Below are positions 1 to 11,689 of a DNA stretch of 37,791 bases, piece after piece. Origin of the DNA: Jimgerdemannia flammicorona (lineage: Eukaryota). Position numbers and translations under genes: made by a program. Every line of letters begins with the position of its first letter. Position 1 is the first letter of the stretch. The DNA lies in NCBI GenBank assembly GCA_003990765.1, contig RBNJ01000178.1, positions 1 to 37,791 of the forward strand. Direction: 5' to 3'. The notes under the pieces are model-generated. The model was not told the DNA's origin, ran no database searches, and saw only the letters and a program-made list of their open reading frames with translations.

Positions 1-3000
1 CCTCTCCTCAAAAACAAAGAGCCAATGTCCAGCCAACCCCACCCACACTGCCACAACCCATCCTACAGTAAGCCACCTATTACCGACACCTCCCACAAGT
101 CTAGATTCCAGATCTTCCCAGCGACCTCTCTCCCCATCTTGTCTCCTTTCAACCCCAAGGCAGTCCCCTACAGCTATCCAAAAGTCACCCACTCCCCCAG
201 CCAATGTTCTGGCGTTTGTACAAAACCCCCAACTTGCCCAACATTATAACACTCCTCACAATCCAGCTGACCCCCATCCACCAGATGCCCAGCACAGAAG
301 TTCAACATAATGTTCCTCTGCAACATATGCCACCACACTACCCAGAACTTGGGTGGGAGCCACTGCCAGACCTCCGTGCTCCAAGACCAGATCCTTGCCC
401 AATCCCACTCTTCACCAATCCTCAACGCCTGCCAGCTACTTGGCCAAAGATCCTGGCCAATTCGCCGCTGATACTCTACTCTATCGCCAATGTCAAACTC
501 AGCTAGTGGAACTCCCCCTAGAAGCAGACGGTCCCATCACCACATAGCTGGACCCCATACCTCCTCCCCCTCATTTCCACACCAGCGCAGGCCAATCCGG
601 TGTGCCCCATCAACCACTCCCCACCAGAAGCCCTTATACCGTAACCATCGGCTTCCATTCAGACCCACCAAAGAGAGTAGATCCCCTGTGGACCCCCGGG
701 GGGAGACTCTCATCTCCCACACCTTCTTCATCAATGGCACCCAACCTCCACCCTGTAGATCCACAGCCCTTCTCAACCACCAAGCTCGCAGGCAGTGTAG
801 ATGCTTAGGGAAGTCCACCAGGCCAAGGCCTCCCCTAAGCACTGGCTCAACAAGGGTATCCCAACTGATCTGGGCCCTTCTACCAGCCCAAATCCAATCC
901 CTAGCCAGTCTCATCAGCCTCTTCACCACCCAAGTGGGAAAGTCTAAGTGATATGCCACATACCACAGCTTGGGGAACCAGTATACATTCAGAATTGCCA
1001 CCCTTCCTGCCAGGGAGATGTGATGACCCCCGCAGCCTTTTAGAGCCTCTCCCCAAATGGCCACCCTCCTCTCCCACCATATCCGTGGTAGGACTGATCC
1101 ATATACAGAGAGGAAGATACCAAGGTACTGCACTACCTCTCCTGTGGGGACAATTGTTCCAATGACATCCCCTCCCACTAGCCCATTCCCCAGCACCATT
1201 GTCTCACACTTATGCCAGTTGAGCTTTGCTCCAGAGTGTGCCTCATACCACTCCACTGTTTTCTGAAGAGCCTCTACATCCGCTACTGATCCAAGTCCAA
1301 CCACCATATCATCTGCAAAGGCCCCCACCTTCTATTCCATGCCATATATAGAGAGCTCAGTCACCCTCTTACGGATCCTGTCCATCAAAGGTTCCAAGGA
1401 GAGTACATAAAGGATAGGGGACAGTGGGTCCCCCTGAGGGACTCCTCTCTCCAAGGGGAATGCCAAACCCCTGTGACCATTACACATCAGCACCGCTCGA
1501 CTCCCTTCCAACAAACTCAACATAGAGACCCAAAACTGTGGCGGAACGCCAATTCTGTCCAGTACCTTGCCCAACCAAACCTGCCGAACACGGTCGTAGG
1601 CCTTCTCTTGATCCAAAAAGACCAGTCTCCCATCCAGTCCACAGGCCCAGGCTCCATCAACAATGCCATGTACCCAGGCAGTTCCATCTCATATAAGTCT
1701 ACCACCTACAAAGCCCCACTGCTCCTCCCCCAGCACCTGCTGAGCAACCTTCTGTAGCCTTGCAACAATCACCTTAGTCACCAACTTCCGATCCATATCC
1801 AGCAGCATGATTGGCCTCCAGTTCTTCCAATCCTCACGCCAGCCCTTATCTTTGTACAATAGGGCAACCAGCCCTAAGTCCTGCTCACCAACCCACATGC
1901 CATTCAGAAGAACATGGTCACAGAGGGCCGCCATCTCACCCAGCATCCCTGGGACTTCCACCATCTTCTTCCAGAAGTCCCATGGTAACCCATCCTCTCC
2001 TGGTGCTGTCCCAAGCTTAGTCACTGCCAGGACACTTCGTATCTCCTCCTCCTGGACAGGTAAGGTCAAGTCACCCAGTCCCTCTATCTGTGGCGGCTCC
2101 CACTCATCCAGTGTGTCACCAATCGCCTCTGCATCAGCACCCCCTTCTTCCTCACTCCACAGACCCCGCCAATTCTCCTTCAGCTCTCCCAGGATCTGCT
2201 GCGTGCCATGCACCAACTCTCCCTCAGCATCCAAGATCCCATCCCACCTATGCCTCACCTGCCTGGCTTTGAGGAGCCTAGACAAGTACCTAGTAGGCTG
2301 CTCCCCCTCCTCAAGCCCCTGCCATCTAAGCCTGGCTGCCATACCTCACATATGAATCTCCTCCTCCTCTCACAACACATGTTGCAGTTCTACAACCTCC
2401 AATTTCGCCCTCACTAACCTCCAATCCTCCACCTCATCAGATGCAAGCAAATCTGCCCACTCCAACTGCAATCTCCTCAGCCTATTGGAGGCAGACTGAA
2501 TTCGCCTCCTCCTCCTTCTTCCTGCCTCCCTACCAGCTCCTCCCCAATAAACCCTCACAGCCTCCTTCAATCTCATCCAATGGACACTCACAGATAAACC
2601 CTCCTGCCTCCAAAACGGAATCTTTGCCTGTATGTCCTCTACCCATGAGTCCCACAACCCCTTCTTGGCCAGCAGGGAGGAGTTAAGATGCCAATGTCCG
2701 GGTCCATCTCCACTCCCCCCAAACCGCCCCTGACCACTCAGTCCCCAGTGATCAGACCACGGGCACCACACCACCTCCAAAGTCTTCCAGACATCAGCAC
2801 CCCAACATGCAGCTGTCAGAATCCAGTCAATCCTTGTCCCTAAGCCATTCACCCAGTGCGTGTAGACCCTGGTGTTGCCCCACCATGTCTGGCCCATATC
2901 CCCTAAGGAGCTAAGGTTTTCCACCTCCTCCCATGCATCCAGACCGCCACTCCTCCCACCAGCATTTTTTCCTCCATCAGTCCTATCCAACTGCAAATCT

Positions 3001-3417
3001 TGAACCATGTTAAAATCACTACCAAGAACATCGACCCCATCCTCCAAGAGAACGCCCTCCTCCAGTAATTCCTTAATCCATGCAATCCTCTCTCCCCTAG
3101 CCGCCGGGCAGTAGCATGAGCCCACCCTCACTGATTCCCACCCTGGCCAGTGCCATTCACCCCAGACCAGTCGATCTCCCCAGTTCTTGATCCCTTCCAA
3201 ATCTCCTCTACCCTTCTTCAACAGAATCGCCACCTTTCCAAACCAAGCAGTAGCCCCACCCCATTCCTTAGTCCATTCCACCCATTCATCCTAATACATC
3301 CTGCAGTAAAAAGAGATCAGCCTCCAATCCCTTTAGCCAAGTAAAAATGTTCTTATGCCGCCCAGATCCTCAAAGACCATTCACATTGAGAGAGAAAATG
3401 TTAGTTGTACTGTTCAT
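1..3417 (-). pseudogene. LINE ORF2: APE endonuclease + reverse transcriptase + C-terminal zinc-binding region, with stops and frameshifts
   Basis: ATG at 3417 gives MNSTTNIFSLNVNGL*G..LLQD. APE motifs GSDFN, RIDWIL, WSDHW. RT motifs PGEDGLP, NWRPIMLLDMDRKLVTK, QWGFVGGR, DQEKAYDRV, GVPQGDPLSP, FADD, YLGI. C-terminal CEEC..TPEH. Confidence 0.93.
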
Positions 3418-3448
3418 GAGGAATATTGTTAAAGATTAAACCTCTCCT

Positions 3449-5489
3449 CTACAAATCCATCCTCAAGTCCACCTGTGCCAAATCCAAGACGTGTCCTGCA
3501 GCCAGTTCCTTCCTCTCAGTTCCCTGTGCCTCCAATCCCTCCAGAAGTTCAACCATTGCCCCATCATCTTTCTCCTCAAAGTCCTCCCTATACTCCCTAC
3601 AGGCCTCCTGCCAGAACTGCAAACCATGGCATTCTGCCCAACAGTAGGCCACCCACTCACCCGCAACAACCACCAGCTCTGCCTTCCTCACCTCATCCAC
3701 CTCATAACCCTCTTCCTCCAGCAGAATCGTAAGAATCTCCATCTGCAGCGCCTCCACCACTCCCTCACCTCGCAGAATCCATGCCCAGTGCTCCTCCGGC
3801 ATAACCCTCAGATCCACTTCCCCCAACTCCTCAGCTGCAAGGTTATCCATCACCTTGCTCATCCACAGCAGATTCCCGATCTCCTTTCCTCCAGGGGTCC
3901 CTGGCTGCCCTCCATCGAGCATCGTAGTATCTGCACCCACACTGGCATCCTCATTCCACTCCTCTTCTGGGACGTCCACCAGCTCATCCTCACCAACAGC
4001 CACCACCTGGCCCCCTTTTGCCACATCTGGGACCCCAAAGGTACCCCTCTGGGCCCCCTTCATCGGTACATCTTCCGCTGCCCCTCCCCACCCCACCGGG
4101 CCCCTCCTGATAAGTGGGGGGGGGGTACCATCTGACTCCTCCTCCCAGACCTCGAAAGTACCATCTGCATAGGGATCCCTGCCCAGTACCTTCGCAGCCC
4201 ATTCTTCTGTCACCACTGGCTCCTTGCCGCCTTCGCTAGCCCATACACTGGCTTTGATGCCTCTAGACCCTTCAGCCCCATCAACCTTCCTCTTCCCCCC
4301 TCCAGTCATACCCACCAAGAGCTCCCTCTGTCTCAAGTGCCCCTGAGCCCACTCCCACTGCCTCTTGTCAGTGCGGATACACTTCCCCTCCACAATCTCC
4401 AAGTGCGTTGACTCCTTATAAAGCTTCCAGGCCTTCGCCCGCCGCTCCACTGCACCACTCATCTCCTCCAATGCCTCCAACAAATCCTTCTACTCCTCCT
4501 CACTCCCCTTCACCCTCGTCACCTTACAAATGAAGGCCCCCCACATCAACACTGAGGGCCAGTCACCAGCCTTCCCTGTGGCCTCCCTCCCTGCCAGCCA
4601 AATGCTGACATCAACATCACCAGTCCTGATCGTCGTCCCCTCCCACACCTGGAAGCCAATATCCACCACATCTCTAAACTCCGCCATCAACTCCTCTACC
4701 CTCCTCCTCATCTCCTCCTTCGTCACTGTGGGCACCCCCTTCACCAGCAGCTGCACCACCCTGGGGTCCCACCTCAAACAGCATACCATGGGAACCACCA
4801 CCTTGCCAACTGCCACCCCTGCCCTCAGTGCCTCTTCCAGTGGGCCTGCCTCCTCAAAGCCCACCTCAACGCCCTCCAGACCCTTCAGGAATTTCACCGA
4901 GGCTGCCCCAGCCACCTGCTTTGAGATCAGCCCCAAGACCATCCTCGCCATCACCCCTAAGCCTCGGAAGCACAGAGTCACCGCAAACTCCAAGATCACC
5001 TTCTGGAGTAATGGTGCTACCGCCAGCCCTGTAACACTATCGGCCAGGTCCCCCTTCCGCATTGGGACCCCCTGCCCCACTGGGCCATCAGCCGTCACAT
5101 CTCTTTTTTTTTCTTGATTCCCCATCATGCCCCATCAGTAGTCACACCCCCAGCCACCGCCCCTCCAGCCCCTACTCCTGCACTCCCAGCCAGAGCACTA
5201 CCCCCCCTCCCTAGGCTCGCCTTGCCCTTCCACTCAGCAGCACCAGCCCTATTACCAGCTGGCCACCCACTCCCCTTGACCTTGTCCGTGAAGCTCGGGA
5301 ATCCAGATCTTCCCCCATTGTCGCTGGCAGACCCTTGCCCTCCAGCCCTGCCTCCTCCTCCACCACATCCTCCTGCCAGCAGCCCCTCATGCTTCCCCCC
5401 AAGCCAGGTCCTCTCCCCACCTGCTGCCATCCAAATGCTCCAGGGCCACCCTGCCCAGTACACACCTCAGGATTCTCATCGGTAGCCAT
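3449..5489 (-). pseudogene. LINE ORF1 (Gly-rich N-terminus, RRM-like middle, acidic C-terminus), disrupted
   Basis: Chain of ORFs 5489/5463/5128/4483 ending at the TAG at 3449. Homologous peptides recur in copies B-E (e.g. LEFxVTLCFxGLxVxAKMVLxLI, WGAFxCKVxRVKGSEEE). Confidence 0.82.
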
Positions 5490-5572
5490 GATACTAGTAG
5501 CTTTCCTCCAGAAACTGCGTCAAAAGTGTTGCCAAAAGATTGTGTAACCTGAATGTTACCGGAGAAAGGATG

Positions 5573-8210
5573 TCCAGATCTGGAAACTCAATCTCTCTAC
5601 TTCTGCCCATGACCCCAGAGCCCCACTCCTATCCTCAGCCCCCAACACTCCATCAGTCCTATCTACCCACACATCCCAGACCATATTAAAGTCCCCTCAA
5701 GAATGTCCACTCCTGTCTCTGTAAGTGCCCCACTCTCCTGGAGTTTCTTTACCCAATTCACTCTCTCACCACATATAGCAGGACAGTAGCAGGACCCCAC
5801 CATAACTGGCTCCCAACTCAGTCAAATCCACTCTCCCCAGACCACCCTGTCTCTCCAGCTCCTCATATCATATATCTCCCTTCTGCCTCTCCAGACTATG
5901 ATCCCAACCTTGCTCTTCCAAACTGTCACTCCACCCCATTTCATCATCCATTGTAATCTATCTAAGTCATCTTCACACCAAACATTCTGCAAAAGAAAAA
6001 GATCAGCCTCCAGACTCTTAAGTCAAGTAAAAATGTTCTGATATCTAACTAAACCCTACAGCCCATTTACATTCAGAGAGAAAATATTTGTTGTACTATT
6101 CATAAGAAATAATGTTAAAATTCCTTCTTACCCTCTATAACTCCACATACATCCTTTTCTGTGCTAAGTCTAAGTTGTGTTCCATAGCTATCTCCTCCTC
6201 TTCAATTCTCCTCACCTCTAATCCCCCCAGCAGATCATTTAATTTGCCATCCTCCTTTTCCTCAAAATCCTCATAAAATTGCAGGCAGGCCAACTGCCAG
6301 AGCTGTAATCCATAACACTCTACCCAACAGAAGGCAGCCCACTCACCAGCCACCACTGTCAGCTCAGCCTCCCTATCCTTATAAACCTCATATCCTTCCT
6401 CCTCCAAGTATCTCTGCCTTTAGTACCTCCACCACTCTATCACTACACAGGATCTGTGCCAAATACTCATCACCCATCACTCTCAGATCCATTCCTCCCA
6501 ACTTCTCAGCCATAAAGTTGTTCATCATCCAGCACAGCTATAGTAGGTTCCCCACTTCCTTTGAGTTACTAGTCTTTCTCCACCCAGGATTGACATATCT
6601 GCCCCTGTGCTCACAGTCTCATCCCACCCTTCTTTTGGGATGTCCACCAGTTCCTCCTTACCAACTGCCACCATCTGTCCCCCCTTCACCACCTCAGATA
6701 CTCCAAAGTATACTCACTGGGCACTATGTGTTGGCACATCCTCTGCCACATGGCCCCTCACAGTTGGTCTCCACCTGATAAGAGGAGGAGGAGAATTCTC
6801 CCAGACTTCAAATGTATCATTCTTATATAGGTCCTTGCCCAGTGCCTTCCCAGCCTCCTCTGGACCCACCTCCATACTCTCTCCACTTCTTCCAGCCCAG
6901 ACACTCGCTTTGGCTCCTCTAGTATCCTCACTACTACCAGTAGCCCTCTTTGTCTCTCTCTCTAGGTTTTCCAGCAACTCCCTCTGCCACTTGTATTCTT
7001 GGGACCTCTCCCACATCCTCTTATCAATGTGAACATGCTTCTCATCAACAATCTCCAGTGTATTGACTCCACATATACATTCCAAGCCGTTGCCCTCTGC
7101 TCTACTGTACTACTCAGCTCCACCAGCACCTCCAATAAGTCCTCTTCCTCCTCCTCACTTCCCTTTACCCTCATCACCTTGCATACAAAGGCTCTCCATA
7201 CCATTACTAAAGGTCAATTAAAAGCCTTCTCAGTAGCCTCTCTCTCTGCCAACCAAATCCTGACATCAATATCTCCTATCCTGAAGAAGATACCTTCCCA
7301 GACTCTGAACCCTACATCAACCACCTCCCCATATGACTTTCTCAACTTTCCTCTTCATCTCCACAGTAGTTACTGTAGGAACCCCTTTTACCAGGAGCTG
7401 CACTACTCTGAGATTCTACCTCAAGCAACACACTATTGAGACACACACCTCCCCAATAATCAACCCAGCCTTCAGTGCCTCTTCCAGTGGCCCTGCCTCC
7501 TCAAAGACCACCTCCACCCCTTCCAGACCCCTTAGGAACTTAACTGATACCACACTATTCATCTGCTTAGTGATTAGCCTCAAAACCATCTTTGCCATCA
7601 CTGCCAAGCCCAGGAAGCACAAGGTAACTACAAACTCCAAGATTGACTTCTTGAGTAATGAGGCCACTGCCAGGCCCATTATACCATCAGCCAGATCACA
7701 AGGCCTCATGCCCTTCCCACTACCCAGTCTATTATCAGCAGTCCTATCTAGATTTTGTTCCAGATTACCCATCATGCTCCTACCAGCAGTCACTACCTCA
7801 GCCACAACACCACCAGCCCCACTACTCTGGCCCTCCAAAGGGACTCCCTTCTGCTGCTGCCACCCTACAGTCTTTACTGCCTCCTTGCCCCTCCTCAGCC
7901 AGCCCTCCAGTCCAGTCACCAGCTGTCTCCCCTTCACCATATCTACAAAGCTTGCCCTCCTGATTCTCTGTCCTCCACCACTGCTCTCTCTCCTTCCACA
8001 TCCTCCCACCAATAGGACCCTCATGCTATTCTCCAATTCAGGGCCCCTCCCCACATATTGCCAGTCAAATGCACTTGGGCCCCCCTACTTAGTATACACC
8101 TCAGAATGCTCATTGCTTACCATGTTACTAGAATTATTTCTCTAAAAACTATATTATGAGTATTGTCAGAAGGTTATATAATCTGAATATTACTTGAGAA
8201 AGGGTTGTTG
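5573..8210 (-). mobile_element. LINE copy B: 5'UTR, ORF1 (8123-6135) and the start of APE (ATG 6103), interrupted by copy A
   Basis: ORF1 fragments align to copy A. The APE GDFN region (~5690) is followed directly by the 5' terminus of copy A. Confidence 0.88.
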
Positions 8211-8559
8211 CCAGAAATCTTCTGAGACTACTTCTCAGAAATTGGCTAAGATATACTTATTATTCTTAAAAGTTTGTAGATCTGCTTCACTAAAGTAATC
8301 TGAGTATAGAATATCTAGTACTCGGTGATCTATTCTTCTTTAGTTATATTCTTCTTATTAAGACTTAAAGTCCTTTGAAACTTGACATAAAGTTTGTAGA
8401 CTCTAAATTAAGAAATTTATAATCTGTTAAAGAAATTCTCTATGACTGCTAGCTTAGTGGAACACTATTTTCTTTCTATAGTTTACTGAACAGCACTTGT
8501 GATCCTGAGTACCAGAGTAGTACTTTATTAGTTAGCTCTAGTACTTTCTAATTTGGTTT

Positions 8560-10070
8560 TGATGAATAGTAGTAGAGATGATTATGCTAGTTAGTTTTTA
8601 TAGCTAAAAGATAGTTTCTTTATATATATGTATATTTTATACAATATAAGATTTTTCCTTAGGCTCTAGTTTTTATAATAATATATTCTAATATATTAGT
8701 ACTTAGTCTTCTATCTTGATAATCTCTAGAAGCTTTTAGATCTTCTCTGCATTATTCTGTTACAATACTTGTCTCATGATTATATAATCTTTAGCCTTCT
8801 TCCTTATATATTACAATTTCTCTATCTTTATATCTATATGTTTCTATACTATATCTCTATTGAATAACAGAGTTTATTTAGAACTTTCTTCTCTGAATGA
8901 CTATTCTCAAGAGGTGAAATATGTGTTTGTGATTAAATATCCTAGTGAGCAGATAATGCTATTAGCAGATAGTGGTCCTAAATTTTGTAGTTATTATAGA
9001 TCTTGGTAATAACATTCTTGAGTATCTTATTGATCCTTTCTGTCTACCCATTTCTCTGTAGATGATAAGAGATGGTTTATAAATTCCATACCTCTATATT
9101 TATTACTTGCTCAGGGTCTTGAATCAGCTGATAATCTCACTATAGAAGAAATCAGCAATTGATTATATGTATATTGAATTCTTTCAGGAATTCTACTTCA
9201 ATCTATTTCATAAAGAGGTCTATGATGATAATGATATATTAGTTATCAGTAAATATTAAGGATAGTGGCTCATAACCTTTATTATAATATAGGAAAAATA
9301 GTGCTGTTTCTATATTTACTAATTCTGGTATCTAGGTTTGCTGATATTACTTCTGTTTCTGATATTTATCATAGGTCTGAACAAATAATATAATATCTTT
9401 CTCTATTTTAGACTAATATATTGTTCTTCTTACTTTATTATAAGTATTTGTTCCTTTTAAATAGTCTAGTTCATACATATGCTGATTTCATTACTTATAT
9501 CTCTTGTAATCTAATATAACTTATAGTTTTTCTTCCTTTAGTATTTTTCTAATAGTTTTAAATTATTTCCAGGTTCTGTAGATAATTGTTTATATCAATT
9601 CTTTTAGATATTTGAGCATCTTTCACTGTCCCATATAGGTGATAATTCTATAGTAGAGTTTTTTTTATATTTTAATTTTACTTATTATAAATCCTTTGAG
9701 ATATCATGAAAGTATATCTATATTGACATTGGTTCTTTTTAGGCAGTGTATTATGATTGCATCATAGACTTATTATTCATGATCTATCTGGCAAATATTC
9801 CTTTAGGCTGGCTTATTGTCAATAGCTAGATAAGGCTGAAATTTTAGTCAGAATAGTAAAGTATCTTTCAGTAAGATAGTAATAGAACTTTTCTATAGTC
9901 CAGATAACTGCTAGATACTCTAGCTTATAGGATTCATATTCTCTTTCACTGCTATTGATTCCTTTGCTGAGATTTGCAATTATATATTCAACTTTATTCT
10001 TTTTTATATAATATTAGCTTTTGGTTAAATTAGCTTATATCTGTCTATAGAATGAACTTTTGGGATCAGT
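8560..10070 (-). mobile_element. Ty3/gypsy pol remnant (RNase H - integrase), heavily mutated
   Basis: Minus-strand translation gives KLEYLAVIWTIEKFYYYL (RH), YY*SKIEKDI..FVQTYDKYQK (decayed HHCC), SYHLQRNG*TERINKILK (IN core) and KLEPK (GPY/F module). Confidence 0.8.
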
Positions 10071-10224
10071 TAGATCTTCTCAGAATATGTATCTGGGTCA
10101 AACAGATCTTGTATAATGTATTTCAATTTTCTACTCTTAGACTAGTTATAACTTCATCCATAATATATAGCTTAACAGATATTATGATATATATATATTT
10201 ATATATATTAGTATAGCTTATATT

Positions 10225-10475
10225 ATTCTTATATTATTTTTATTATTATTATTATTATAGTCACTTAAACTTCCATATTTATTACCAAACCAATCTATAC
10301 TCTGATAATATACAATAATCCTACCCCCTACCCAATCCACCTAAAGAACATACTCTCTACCTCTTTGCAATTGAATACTACTAGACCATTAATAACAATA
10401 ACTCTTCTAGTACTTTTTCACTATCAGTCATCAATAGCGACTGTACTAAAGACTCTACCCCTTCCACTAGCCTGT
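10225..10475 (-). mobile_element. 3' terminal fragment of the LINE family with a (TAA)n-like tail
   Basis: The reverse complement matches the 3' end of copy D (TAGTGGA.GGGGT.GAGT, TAGTAGTATTC, GATTGGGT, GTTTGGTAATAAA), followed by CTATAATAATAATAAT. Confidence 0.65.
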
Positions 10476-10878
10476 TATATAGTTCTTATATTATTATCTA
10501 GAGCTTACTGATATATTCTAATAACTTTCTATTTCCAAATAGATATCTTAATAAATATTAAAATACTTTTATTTGGCTTTTATATTAATATCTCATTACT
10601 AGAGGCTTCATTATTATCTTTATCTTTAATCTCTATTATTTTGGATTACTTAGACTTAGACATATATAGTGATTAAAAATGATTTAAATTAACTGCTAGA
10701 GAGATTATTTATATTTTAATATTTACTAGTATATATCTAATCTCTGAAATTTTAAAAGTTTAGATTACTTATTAGCCAATATTTACAGAAGTTTAAAGAA
10801 GATTAGATTGTTATCTAATAGATCTAATATAGATAGATTATAATTATAAAATAAATTTTCCAGTTAATAAAATATAAT

Positions 10879-11625
10879 TATTGTAAAAAAGAGAGACAGA
10901 TTCATTATTGAAGTTATATAGGTTATATATTTCATGCATTACTGATGAATGACATAAATCTGATAAAATGTCATAAGTTATATATTGATATATTAAGTTA
11001 CCATCTCAATACTCCCATTTAATGAGATATGTAAATCCAGAAAAATTAGAGAATACAAATTAGAGTAAAAAGCAATGTAATGCATATATAATCCAAATTA
11101 CTATTATAAAATCCTATATCTACAAAAATTTTGAAGGTCAAAAGATATTCTATAATATATGAAATATCTACAAAATCCACTTATAGGATGAGAATGCAAA
11201 TGCAATAAGAGAGGCTTTTTAGGATCTGAAAGGTATTCTGTGATTTACTACTAAAGGTGTATTACTTGTAAGACCCATTTCTTATATGCATAGCTTGAAT
11301 ATTGGCTTTGGAAGAGCTTTTAAAAGTGATTCAGCAATTATAAACTCTATGAGATGTATTCTAAGTATATAGTACTATTTTCAACATATTCATGAATGTA
11401 ATAATACTGTATATTGATATGTTTTATTCTACTATGATGTCCCAGATTCTTGGCAAGTACAATTATAGATGGGTTATCCTAGTATATTATAGTACTCTGT
11501 TTTTGAGTTAATCTAACTTCTTTTAATAATTCATAGAGCCAAATATCTTCCTTTGTTACTAACAATAATGCCTAATACCCTGTCTGTATTGATGATATTA
11601 CTATAAATGATTTGCTTGTGTATTT
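10879..11625 (-). mobile_element. Ty1/copia 3' remnant (RNase H, PPT, ~130-bp 3' LTR at ~10879-11011)
   Basis: Minus translation KEDIWLYELLKEV..DNPSIIVLAKN..HSRIKHINIQYYYIHEYVEN..KALPKP. Nucleotide homology to 16700-17444. Confidence 0.82.
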
Positions 11626-11689
11626 CTTTTTTTATTTATAGTCTCTTGAACTTTGCCATTTATTAACAGCCTATTAAAGATAAGTACAG

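Larger units (their letters stand above)
1..5572 (-). mobile_element. L1/Tx1-like LINE, copy A (least degraded; 3' end runs off the window)
   Basis: 5'UTR homologous to the 5' ends of copies B and D (..CTTTCTCCGGTAACATTC..). It is followed by ORF1 and an ORF2 with APE and RT motifs. Retains CpGs. Confidence 0.93.

Noticed and set aside
25..8145. Many Pro/Ser-rich plus-strand ORFs
   Set aside because: Antisense shadows of the G-rich LINE coding strand.
10480..10875. AT-rich stretch as a gene or element remnant
   Set aside because: No recognisable motif or homology within the window.
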